Positions 38,301 through 48,184 of a stretch of 57,843 nucleotides of DNA are shown here, in pieces. Origin of the DNA: Trichodelitschia bisporula (lineage: Eukaryota); contig ML996702.1 in the NCBI GenBank assembly GCA_010356995.1, forward strand, positions 558,001 to 615,843, in the 5' to 3' direction. Each line of letters begins with the position of its first letter. Within the stretch, counting starts at the first letter, position 1. The notes beneath the pieces were generated by a model. That model saw only the letters and a program-made list of their open reading frames with translations, made no database searches and was not told the DNA's origin. The position numbers and the translations under genes are program-made.

Positions 38301-41192
38301 AATGGGCGTGTCGCTGACCAGCAGCGCGTTATGGCTGACCTAGCGGCTCAGATCTCGACCATGGAGGCCAAGGAAAAAGATCTCCAGTGCGAACTGGATG
38401 ACGCCCTCGAAGCGGGCAAATCCCACCAGCGCGCCTCTACTGAAGCTGAAGCCAGAGCCCAAGTACACATGGACAGCCTCGCCGCTCTGGAAGCCGAACT
38501 CACAAAGGTCCGTTCCCAGCACTCCACTCTGGAAACCGAGCTCGCTGCTGCCGTGCAATACGGTGCCGAAACTAAAGCTCTATTCTCCGACTCCGAGGCT
38601 ACCGTGCGCGATCTCAAGGCTCAGCTCGCTGAGACGCAGGCGCAACTATCGGCAGCGCTAAGGACCGAGGATGAGTTAAAGGAGCAGAGGGATATACTCC
38701 GTAAACAAGTGCAGTCGCTGGAGGAGGACCTCGGAGCAGCGAAGGAGCGAGTCAAGAATCTCAAGTTGGAAGTACAGAACTCGCGGTCCCACATCGCGGA
38801 TCTCGAGCGTGACAACTCCCGCCTCAAATCCGATCTCGCCACTGCACACACCGATCTCAAATCCGCACACGAGCAATACACCACACTCCTCACCGACCTC
38901 GCCACCCTCCGCGCCAACCTCGCCCACGCCGACGCCGCGAACCTCTGTCTACAAGCGGACCTCTCCAGCGCGCAAGCCGACACCCGTACTGCGGCCGAAG
39001 CAGCCAAGGACCATGAGGCCCAGCTCTCTACCACGCGCACCCTCCTCTCGAACCTCGAGAAGGACAAGGCGCGCCTCGAAGCGGACTTTGCGAGCGCAAG
39101 AGCCGATTTGGCTGCTAGTACCGCCAGGGCTAAAACTCAGGAAGAGCAAAACGCGGAGCAGACCCGCGCGCTCGAAGTCCTGGCTACGCAGCTCCTGTCG
39201 TGCGATGCGGCAAGGGTCCGGTATGCGGGCGCGCTGGTCGGTGTGCGCAAGGAGTTGCGCGAGGCGAGGGAGGCGAGGCGCGTGGTTGCGGGGAAGGAGC
39301 GGGTTGCGCGGAAGGAGCTGCGCGTGCTGGGGAGGCTGAAGGCGGAGGCTGAGGAGGGTCTGGCTCGTCTTAGCCACGAACTAGCAGCCGCGCGGAATGA
39401 GGGCAGTGAGGCCAGGGGTCGGCTTGAGGAAGTGAGCCGCGAGCGTGACGGGCTTAAGGCGAGGGTGCGGGACATGGAATCCAGGGCCCGCGACGCGGCG
39501 GCTGAGAAGGCGCGTGTTAGTGACCGGCTCCGTGCGCTGGAGAAGGAGGTCGGTGTCCTAACCGCTAAGCTCGAGGGGAAGACGGGCGAAGTCGAGGCGC
39601 TGCGCCGCGAAGTCACCCTGCTGCGCGAGATGCGCGCTGCCGATGCTGCGTCCCTTGCGGCTAAGGAAGCGAAAGTCGAAGAGCTGGCGCGGGAGCGGGG
39701 CGAGGTTGTTGCGAGGATGGAGGGCGAGGCGAGGGCGTTGCAGGTTAGGCATGGGGAGGTGGTGAGGGGTTTGGAAGTGGAGGTTGAGAGGATGAAGACT
39801 GAGCATGGGGTTGTGGTCCGGGATTTGGAGGGCGAAATCAAGACATTGCAGGGGCGGCATGACGAGTTTTCCCGGATGCAGGAAGAGGAGAAGGTGCGGG
39901 CCGAAAGCGCGGTCCGCGAGAGGGACGTTGAGCTTGAACGCGTGCGTGAAGCGGGGCGCAAGGCTGAGAAGAAGGCTGAGGAGGAGGGGAGGGCTAAGGG
40001 CGCTGAGCTTGAGCGTGTGCGTGCCGCGGGGCGCGAGGCTGAGAAGAAGACTGAGGAGGAGGTGAGGGCGAAGGACGCGGAGCTGGCGGAAGTGTGCAAC
40101 CTCACCGCGGCCTCGCTCCAGAAGCTCCAGGAGTTGCAGGCTGAGCTTGAGACGCGCCAGACCGCTCACGCGGAGGCGTTGAAGGGGAAAGAAGACGCGC
40201 TTCAGACTCTACGCGGTCAGATGGCGACAGAGATCGCCGGGCTGAGGGACGAGTTGACGCTGAAGGAAAACACGCTCCTCGGCCTCCAGGCCATCCTGGG
40301 CACGCGCGAGGCCGAGCTCTTTACGCTCCAGGTTCAGAGCGGGGATAAGGATGCTGCGATTGCGACGCTTAATGACCGGGTCGACGCCCAGTCCGGTTCC
40401 CTCACCGAACTCGAGTCCCGCCTCAGCGCAAGGGAATCGGACCTGTCACGCCTCCAGGCCACCCTGGCCGAGAAGATTTCCGCCCTCACAGCCAAGGACT
40501 CGGACCTGAAGATCAAGGACACCGAACTCGCCTCCCGCGACGCACAAATAGCCAAACTCCGCACCCTCAATGCAGACTACGCATCCCTCGTCGCGGACCT
40601 ACGTTCCGAAATCGCCTCGCTGCGCGCCCCGCCCCGCGCGCCTACGCCGCCTAGTTCAGGCGGGTTGGCGAGTCTGCCGGAGGTAGACGGAGGGGAGGAG
40701 AGCGATGGGGTGGGCGAATTACCGCCCCTAACCGCCCCACTGGGATCGCTAGGCACGCACGGCTCGCATGGCTCGCACGGCTCGCATTCCCGCTCCCGGA
40801 CACCGAGTTCGAGACTCAGTATGCGGAGCGAGAGCGGCTCGATCAAGGCGTACCGTGTGCTGGGGGCTGAGGCGGCGGCGGGGAGGGTGGAGAGCGAGGA
40901 GGCGGATGTTAAGCGGCGACTTTGGGAGCTGTGGGAGGAGCAGCAGCGGATGAGGGGGAGTGCGGGGGGGATGAGTGTTGAGACGGGGGGGAGTAAGGAG
41001 GGCAGTGAGGCGGGGAGGGTGAGGAGGAAGTTGGTTAAGAAGAGGAGGGAGGAGAAAGAGAAGGAGAGGAGGGAGGGGGAGGAGAAGGGAGGGAAGGGGG
41101 AGAGGGAGCATGGGCGGTTGTGGGGGGCACTTAGGGGGGCGGCGGGGAGGAGTAGGGTTAGTTTGATGGGGGGGAGGAAGGGGAGGGAGTAG
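35329..41192 (+). CDS. Giant coiled-coil protein of unknown function (~1934 aa)
   Basis: Exons 35329-35893 and 35953-41192 (GTAAGT..ACAG, frame-consistent). E/L/A/K/R-rich heptads throughout, a Ser/Pro-rich N-terminus and a basic C-terminal tail. Confidence 0.85.
36939..37532 (+). repeat. Internal tandem duplication, 2 x 297 bp (99 aa)
   Basis: DSRLQHRLRAEVDRSLELEAVE...ELEQAHAEF starting at 36939 is repeated as DSRLQQSLRAEVDRCLKLEAVE...ELEQAHADF starting at 37236. Confidence 0.9.
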
Positions 41193-41581
41193 GTTTAGGT
41201 TGGTATGTTGAGGGTTAGGAAAAGTATTCGGGAATGTATATATAGTGATGGAGCCGCGAGGCGCTGGGATTTTGGGATTGGGATACTGGGTGTTTAGAGC
41301 AGGCATTGCATGCGGTATGGGTAAAGCAAGGATTGAATTTGATGCTTTTCACATCTGTTGAAGACGAGCTGCGTGTGTTGTGATGTCGGGATATGTCAGC
41401 GAGGGTTGCTGAATGTGGAAGATGCTCCCGGTTTTTGCGCCCACGAAGTCTCAACGTTGAGCCCCATTGGATCTCTCCGCAAGGCGTAGACAACAAAAAT
41501 TCATCACCCTCCCGCGTGAAGCACGCGGTATCACATCAAAAAGTGTAGCCCACACAATCAGAAAGAGTAAAAAGATTACAC

Positions 41582-41678
41582 CGACAGCGGCAGTATTCGA
41601 AACTGCGCGTCCGAAGACATATGATCACCGGCGCTAGGCCATTCGAGTCATACCCATTAACCACTCTGGCACGCTGCC
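41582..41678 (-). tRNA. tRNA-Ser(CGA) with 16-nt intron
   Basis: The reverse complement shows acceptor GGCAGCG/CGCTGTC, D-arm CCA-GAGTGGTTAA-TGG, anticodon stem TATGA/TCATA with CT-CGA-A, variable arm GTC-TTCG-GAC and T-arm GCAGT-TTCGAAT-ACTGC. Intron 41626-41641; T5 terminator. Confidence 0.92.
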
Positions 41679-41889
41679 TGTTGGATAGGAGATTACGCAT
41701 TTTCGCAAATGTATGGAGATAACTTGTGGGGCGACTTAGCGAGATCGTGGTGATGATCCGCTCAGCCGGGCGTAGAGTACGGTACGGTTGGGAAAACAGG
41801 TAAGGCTGAGAGACGAAAGCAGACGCACTAGCGGAGTATCATCCAGACGGACAGAATTCGATATATATACAACCCTCCCTCACTCCCCT

Positions 41890-42833
41890 TCAGGCCCCCG
41901 TAACCCTCTGCTGAATCCACTTGACCGCCTGCGACGTACTGGCCCCGGTATACGACAAATGGGCCCCCGAAATGATGAACTTCCCCTGACACACCCCATC
42001 GCCGGCCGCGCAAAAGGTCTTGACATTCTCTGACGGGAAGTCCTTGACAGGCGCACCGTTAAACGGGTCTCCGAACACCACGATCCCCTGTCATTATACA
42101 TCAGCATCTCTCCCCGCCTCGCCTCATGTGCAAAAAGGGCACTCACCGCAACCTGCCTCCTAGCCTTCTCCTCCGCAAACGCAACACATATCCGCGCCAC
42201 CATCGCCCCCTGACTATACCCACTAACCACCATCTTCGTACTTGGGCACTTCGCCGCAATCTTGTTGATCTGCGCCATGCACTTGACCCCCCCGGGGAGA
42301 CCGATACAATTATCCCCCGCAATATCCGCCGTGTAGCTCACGCCTTGCACATCCCATTTCCCGGGCATAGCGCTCTTGAGCCCGCTACTCAGCGTCGGGC
42401 CGACCGTCATGCCCATAGTCCCCGGCTCCGTCGTGCCACGCGCGAAGACCAGCGTATACGGCTTGCACCCGCCGGCCTGGCGCGGGGTCAGGCCGAAGCG
42501 CTCAGGGCCGGACCGATCAGGGAGGACCTCGGGGAACCGATCATACCCGAGCCTCTCCGGCCACAGGTACCGCTCGCGACTCGGACTGGTCTTGGGCGCG
42601 ACGCCGATGTCGGCGGCGGAGGCGACGCCCGCGCCGTACTGCCGGTGCGATTGGATACATTTGAAGCCCCCTTCGTTGGAGCCGGAGGGCTTGGGGCGGG
42701 TGGGGTCGAGTTTGAAGGGGAGGCCGGTTGAGCCGGAGAGGTTGGCGATTTCGCAGGATTGGCCGGTGCATTTTTGGCCCAAGGCTGAGGGGAGGGCGAG
42801 GAGGGGGAGGAGGAGGGGGAGGAGGGCGTGCAT
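41890..42833 (-). CDS. Secreted cutinase (CE5, ~294 aa)
   Basis: Signal peptide MHALLPLLLPLLALPSALG; motifs VFARGTTEPG, GYSQG, VVFGDP, FCAAGDGVC and AHLSY (Ser-Asp-His triad). Exons 42833-42147 and 42087-41890. Confidence 0.93.
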
Positions 42834-43488
42834 GGTTGCGGAGGCGTGGGGGGATGGAGCGGTGGATGGTGGAAGAGCGCGATGCGCTTGATACTTATCC
42901 GGGCGCTGAAGGGGATGTTGCACGCGATAGCATGGCGCCGATGGGTGGTGTATTAGCGGGAGGCACGGATATGAGTACTATCATTAAGCACGTCCGAAAT
43001 CGACATGCGGAGGGTGGTTCACTAGATGCACGCCCTTTTCGAGGGGGTGGTTGCGCGGGGTCGGAGATGCGATCGGTCGGGTTAGGGCTGGTAAAGCCCC
43101 ACGGCAGCGACCCGGGTCGCTACCATCGCCGCATAGGGTAATCAGCTCGTGCCTCTCACACAAGGACCGTCGCAAGAAGTGCTGCATGTCGACTGCTGGG
43201 TGTTGATGCCTATGTCAAGGAATTCCGCTCTATCGCAAATTTGAACATCCACCGGTAGATGGGGCGTGCAATAGGACAGACGCATGGCATTAATTCGCCC
43301 ATAGGGACGATCGACGGATGTGGGTCGGGGCTGTGTGGTTAGCCAGCGTCCCATAGGGAGGTAAGACTCGCGACGACATCCATCTTCTATCCATTATAAA
43401 CAAGTGATCGCTGCTAGATCTATTGTTGCTAGCATGGTCGACGATGGGAGATGACATGCCGATTCGGTGCAGCGGCACAAGTGGCATC

Positions 43489-44201
43489 TCAAGGCGGGCT
43501 CGGGTGCTTCACCATCACCCAGGCAAAGTATTCAAACGACGCGGCGTCGTCCTGGAGCGCCTCAACAGTCATGGTCCAACCAGAACGTTGTAGAAGTGGC
43601 CGCATGAAGTGCGGCTGGCGGTAGGTGATATAGAGCCATCGTCCGCCCGGTTTCAGCACGCGTTCGACCTGGCTATCAGCACGCGCAGCGATAAAGCATA
43701 TTTGCTTACCTCTGATACATACGCGTTCACGTTGGCTTTGACCTCCGGCTCCGGATCCCACAACGAGCCATGCAGCATAGCGTCGAGCGTACCCTTGTCG
43801 ATCGCGCAGTCGAACTCGGCGTCTGCAAATTCCATCTTGCGCACGTCCATCACGCGCCAACCCAGAGACTCGATGGAATCGTACTTTGACTTCATAAAAT
43901 CGATTGCAACGGGCGAGAAATCGATGCTACACTGGTTGTGGTACCCGATGTTGTACAAGTCGTACGTCAAGGTCTGTGTACCGTTAGAAGCGCACTTCGG
44001 GCTTGTTCAACGCACGCTGAGGCCGCATCCCAACTGTAAGATCCTCGGATCATCGTCTACTGGGGGCAGATTCCGCTCAAGAAACGGGCGGAGCTTCTCA
44101 AAGGTCCGGAACCATTCGTGCGCAGCCGGGTCTTCTGTTTCTGTCGTATACCGTGAGTTCCAGTACTCCGGACGGACAAGCTCCTTTGGATCCTTGGACA
44201 T
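43489..44201 (-). CDS. SAM-dependent methyltransferase, EEF1AKMT4/ECE2-MT-like (~209 aa)
   Basis: Exons 44201-44016, 43973-43710 and 43668-43489. Motifs YWNSRY, HEWF, ILQLGCGLS, IDFSPVAI, MDVRKM, FDCAIDKGTLDA and RVLKPGG...YITYRQPHF. Confidence 0.88.
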
Positions 44202-44922
44202 GATACGGGAAGGTTTCTCGGGGCTAACTGCAAGTCTTGAATTTCGGCAACTGTGAGAAGCGCGAAGACGTTACAGAGACAGCTCGAGAGCACGTCCAAG
44301 TTCAAAAGAAGGAAGTACTTTGATGGGCGCTAGGTGATGTTGGGGCACGTGCGGAGGGGTCTCATGGCTTCGTGGCAAAAGGCCACGTAAAAAGTTATGG
44401 CCGTTCCGTCCGCAAAAGCACCCACTCAGGACGGCCACGATCTTTTCGGGTGGCACCCTTCGTGACTATCACAAACTCTTGCACCACAAACGCCTTTGGC
44501 TTTTGACTTTGTAGAAAGTGAATCCAGTTGGTTGATGAACAAGCTATACAACATCCGGAACTCCTGATCCGCCCCATTGCCATGTGGGTATTCAAATCCT
44601 CAGTCTTCATGTCCAGCCAGTTCCATCATCAAGCACACGATTGCATTGTCAAATGTCCCCTGAGCTCACAACTTGTCCTCCTACCGCTCCCATTTAACGC
44701 CGCGGCCCCGTCAAGCCCGCTCAAAACTCCCAAACAAATCCCACTTCCCAACCGGGAATTTTGCCTCCTAGTCCCCCTTCCGCCGTTTGCTGTCGCGGCC
44801 ACCGTCATGATCGTGGTCGTGATCGTTGTCCACGTCACCCCCCCGCTTCCTCTTTGATGTGCCTTCTGATGATGCGCACTCGTCCATTAGAATATCCTCG
44901 TCTGGCGTATCTGGCTCAAGCG

Positions 44923-46020
44923 TTAGAAATGTGTCCGACCCGTCTGACTGGCAGTTGTCTCACCTTCGCCATCCTCGCCCTTGTATTCCCCAGGTTCACC
45001 CTGGGCATATCCACTGCCCTCACGTTCCCTCTCCTCACGTTCACTGTCCTCACGTTCCCTCTCTTCACGTTCCCTATCCTCCTGTTCGCGCTTCTCATGT
45101 TCGCGCAAATAGTGAGCTTCCAGCCTCTGGTCTGTAGCCTCCTGCCCGCCTGTGTTGTGCATCGCAGTTCCAATGCACTCATCCAATGCACGTTGGAGAC
45201 GTGCCGCAATGCAAATCCGCGCGCCCTCGTTGACAGCGTCGTAGTCCACACTGGAACAGACGAACAGCTTTTCGTCGGGCGTGGTTTCCAGGCTGCCCAG
45301 CTGTTCCATGTAGCGCCGGTTAACGGTCGCAGCGTAGAATTTAACCTCCGCAATGCACTCCGTGCCGGATGTCGCGACAACGGCCACGAAAACAGACGTT
45401 GCTTCCGGGCAAAGCTTGAGCTGCTTTTGCGCCATGGCCAGAAGATATGGCACGACGCCGGATTCCGGGAGGTTGGCAACAGTTGCCAACATAGGCAGGA
45501 CCTTGCGTGATCCTTGCCGCAGGTTGTAGGTCAGAAGCTCGCTGGCTTCTAGTTCGATTTTGCGCCCGGCGATCTTGAGATATAGGATTCTCTCGATTTC
45601 ACGGCTCCGGGGGTAATGTGCCGTGCGTTGGATGTCGGCAAAGGAGAACATCATGCTTTGGAGAAACTCTGCGTAACACCACACGACATGTGCCGCATCG
45701 TCTCGGCAGTGCGTACTTCGGCCGCGGAGTGCCTGGGAGTACGCGGCGATTTCGCCCAGCAGGTATAGTTCATACTCGGCAAGGTCGGCGGACGGAGCTG
45801 GTTGCTCGAGTATGCCGGAGAGTGCACCCTGCACTGCCTTGTTGACGGCATCTGCTGGAAAGCATTCGAATTCCATGTCGGAAACGAAGGAGCAGTTTAG
45901 AGCTTTGAGATGGGTAGACGTCCAGTTCTCTGGCTTCAGCTGTTTCCGTCCAACTTTGGACTTTGGTGCCGATAAGGCTTGACGGAGGCGGTTCAAATTG
46001 GTAAAACCTGAAGATGCCAT
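44923..46020 (-). CDS. Orphan fungal protein (365 aa) with an acidic/basic (ER) repeat tail
   Basis: Uninterrupted ATG-initiated ORF with globular-looking composition. A canonical 5'-UTR intron (GTAAGT at 46099, CTAAC, CAG at 46037) supports transcription. Confidence 0.7.
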   Translation of the reverse strand: MASSGFTNLNRLRQALSAPKSKVGRKQLKPENWTSTHLKALNCSFVSDMEFECFPADAVNKAVQGALSGILEQPAPSADLAEYELYLLGEIAAYSQALRGRSTHCRDDAAHVVWCYAEFLQSMMFSFADIQRTAHYPRSREIERILYLKIAGRKIELEASELLTYNLRQGSRKVLPMLATVANLPESGVVPYLLAMAQKQLKLCPEATSVFVAVVATSGTECIAEVKFYAATVNRRYMEQLGSLETTPDEKLFVCSSVDYDAVNEGARICIAARLQRALDECIGTAMHNTGGQEATDQRLEAHYLREHEKREQEDREREEREREDSEREEREREGSGYAQGEPGEYKGEDGEGETTASQTGRTHF

Positions 46021-46140
46021 GACTAAATAGCGAAATCTGCAGGAAGCGAGTGTTAGGGGAGCGGGGATAATAAAAGGGGAGAGGGAGCAGGAAACTTACG
46101 AGTTTGAGATTTTGGTTGTAAGGTGTTTTAAGAGGCTTGA

Positions 46141-46600
46141 TAGTGCACAGTGTGCTTGGATGGAGAGTTCAGAGTGCTTTTTTGAAGTGATCACAGTTGG
46201 GTGTCAGAGTGTGGCTGGACGAAGAAGCGATTGTTAGGGGAGCGGGTCTACGAAAAGGTGAGAGGCAGCAGGCAGCGTACAGATTTGAGACTCTGGCTGC
46301 AGGTGTTTTTAGAGGTTTGGTATAGTGCACAGTGTGCTTAAGTTGAGAGTGATCTTTTGAAGTGACCACAGTTTGGTGTAGTGCACAGTGTGCTTGGGTT
46401 GAGGGTGATCTTTTGAAGTGACCACAGTTTGGTATAGTGCACAGTGTGCTTGAGTTGAGGGTGACCTTTTGAAGTGATCGTAGTTGGTTGTCACAGTGCG
46501 CTTGAGCTGAGGGTGATTGTTTGAAGTGATCACAGTTGGGTGTCAGAGTGAAGCTGGATTTCAAAAGATCACGACAGTTTTTCAAAGTGACAACATTTGG
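46141..46600. repeat. Imperfect tandem array, ~56-bp period, with internal palindromes
   Basis: TAGTGCACAGTGTGCTT at 46141, 46323, 46379 and 46435; core TGAAGTGAYCACAGTTKGG about six times including variants; identical 31-mers at 46181 and 46520. Confidence 0.9.
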
Positions 46601-47195
46601 GTACACAGAGAGAGCTGAGTGGGTGAATGTCGAGGGGGGCGCGCCTTTTAAAGGACTTCTCTGGGTCCCTAGGTGTGTCCGAAAAGCCCAGGACGCGTAT
46701 ACTGTAGCGTGCCACTCTCCACAGACACGTGGTATACTCGTGTTTGGATCCATGAGGCTTCTGGAATTGGGCTGAGAGGAGGGACCGGTCCCTTATATCT
46801 CAGAGAACTGGTCTGATTTTGACCAAGGGATGACGCGTCCGCTCGACGAGGTGTGCGGCTTGAGGTTTTGTACAGAGCGTATTTCGTCTATTTCTTGCTC
46901 GTGAAACTGACGTTTCTCTGCATATACTATTGCATGTGAGGGTTGCAGTGGAAATTATGTTTCCATTATGTGTGGAGTCAGTGAATGCCAGGCGGGGCGA
47001 AGACGTTAAGCATACTAACTGCGCTTTTATGATAACTGGCACCGAAAATTTGTCGCTACCGGTATATCTGGCAATCGGGGTTCACAAGTTGATGTAGGTT
47101 CCAGCATATTCGGCATGCGTCTTGCCATATCTCTCCCCTAACCCACGCCACGACCCTAGCCCTCTTCACGCCCGTCTCTATTCGACACAGCCCGT

Positions 47196-48184
47196 TCATA
47201 CCCCCTCAGCCCATGCCAACTCATAGCCAAATACTGTCCGACGGAGCAATTCATCCTGCATCATCAGTCCACGTGTCGACCAAAAGGGGACAAGCCTACC
47301 CCTCTATCCTCCTCGAACATGACGCGCTCCATAACCGTCTCCGACACCTTCTCGACCCTAAACCCACCCTCACGTGCAACATCGAAAAACGCCAAATCCT
47401 TCTCCAACAACCACGGACGATATGGCGTGAAGTACACGTACGCCCGCGCGTGAGGGGATTTGCGCAGCGTCTGCTGCAGCGTGAGCACCAGCTTCGCGTG
47501 TTCCGAGTGGTTGAACAGCAGGTCCGCAAGAACGAGGACATCGAATCCAACGGCCGGCTTGGGGAGGTGGGATAGAACGGATTCCGGAGAGGCACCCCAG
47601 AGCAGACCCTGTCCAGCCATCAGTCGCTTCGACTCACTTCCAACAGAAACCGCTAACCTCCGCCTCGACAGCCCCGCACCCATCCATGCTCCTCACCCGC
47701 TCCACGTTTGCGGCTAGGTTGGCAATTAAGTCCGTGTCTGGGTAGTCCGTGGCGACGACCACCTGGGCGCCGCGCAGTGCGCACACGAGGCTGGGGAGTC
47801 CGGCTGCGGCGCCTAGTTCGAGGACGGACTTGTTGCGGATGAGGTCAGGGTACGTGTCGAAGTGGGTGGCGAGCACGCGACCGGCGTTCCACAGATGGTG
47901 GCCCTGGGGAGTTAGACTATTTCACGAGGCACAGGATGGGAGGAGGTTGGAACGGAGAGTTCGGGATGACGCTCGGCATGCCGATTCTCGGAAGACGCCT
48001 TGGCTAGTCTGGGCCGAGGCGGTGGCGTACATACCCACAGTGGATTGTGGCCCACGAGGGACACCTTGATTTCTCGACCATCGAGCAGGGTGTGCGTCGC
48101 TTGGGTTGGGGGTGGCGGCGGCGGGTAGTAGTCCGATGGCTCGGTAAAGAGATCGTCAAGCGGGGCGGAGCCGTCGTCGGACAT
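47196..48184 (-). CDS. EFM7: Protein N-terminal/lysine methyltransferase Efm7 (nicotinamide N-methyltransferase-like Nnt1, ~254 aa)
   Basis: Exons 48184-48035, 47903-47658, 47608-47300 and 47255-47196. Motifs [60 protein letters not shown] and [18 protein letters not shown]. Confidence 0.93.

Noticed and set aside
36368..40169. Long antisense ORFs (395, 322 and 203 aa) opposite the coiled-coil gene
   Set aside because: Ser/Arg/Ala-rich shadows expected from the codon bias of a GC-rich sense gene.
33168..41678. tRNA-flanked integrated island
   Set aside because: The two tRNAs are complete and different isoacceptors; there is no duplicated tRNA 3' end and no integrase.
46141..46600. CRISPR array
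   Set aside because: Eukaryotic context, no cas genes, and the units are contiguous degenerate repeats without unique spacers of regular length.
46169..46753. 194-aa minus-strand ORF over the repeat array
   Set aside because: The peptide simply mirrors the DNA repeat, whose 56-bp period is not a multiple of three.
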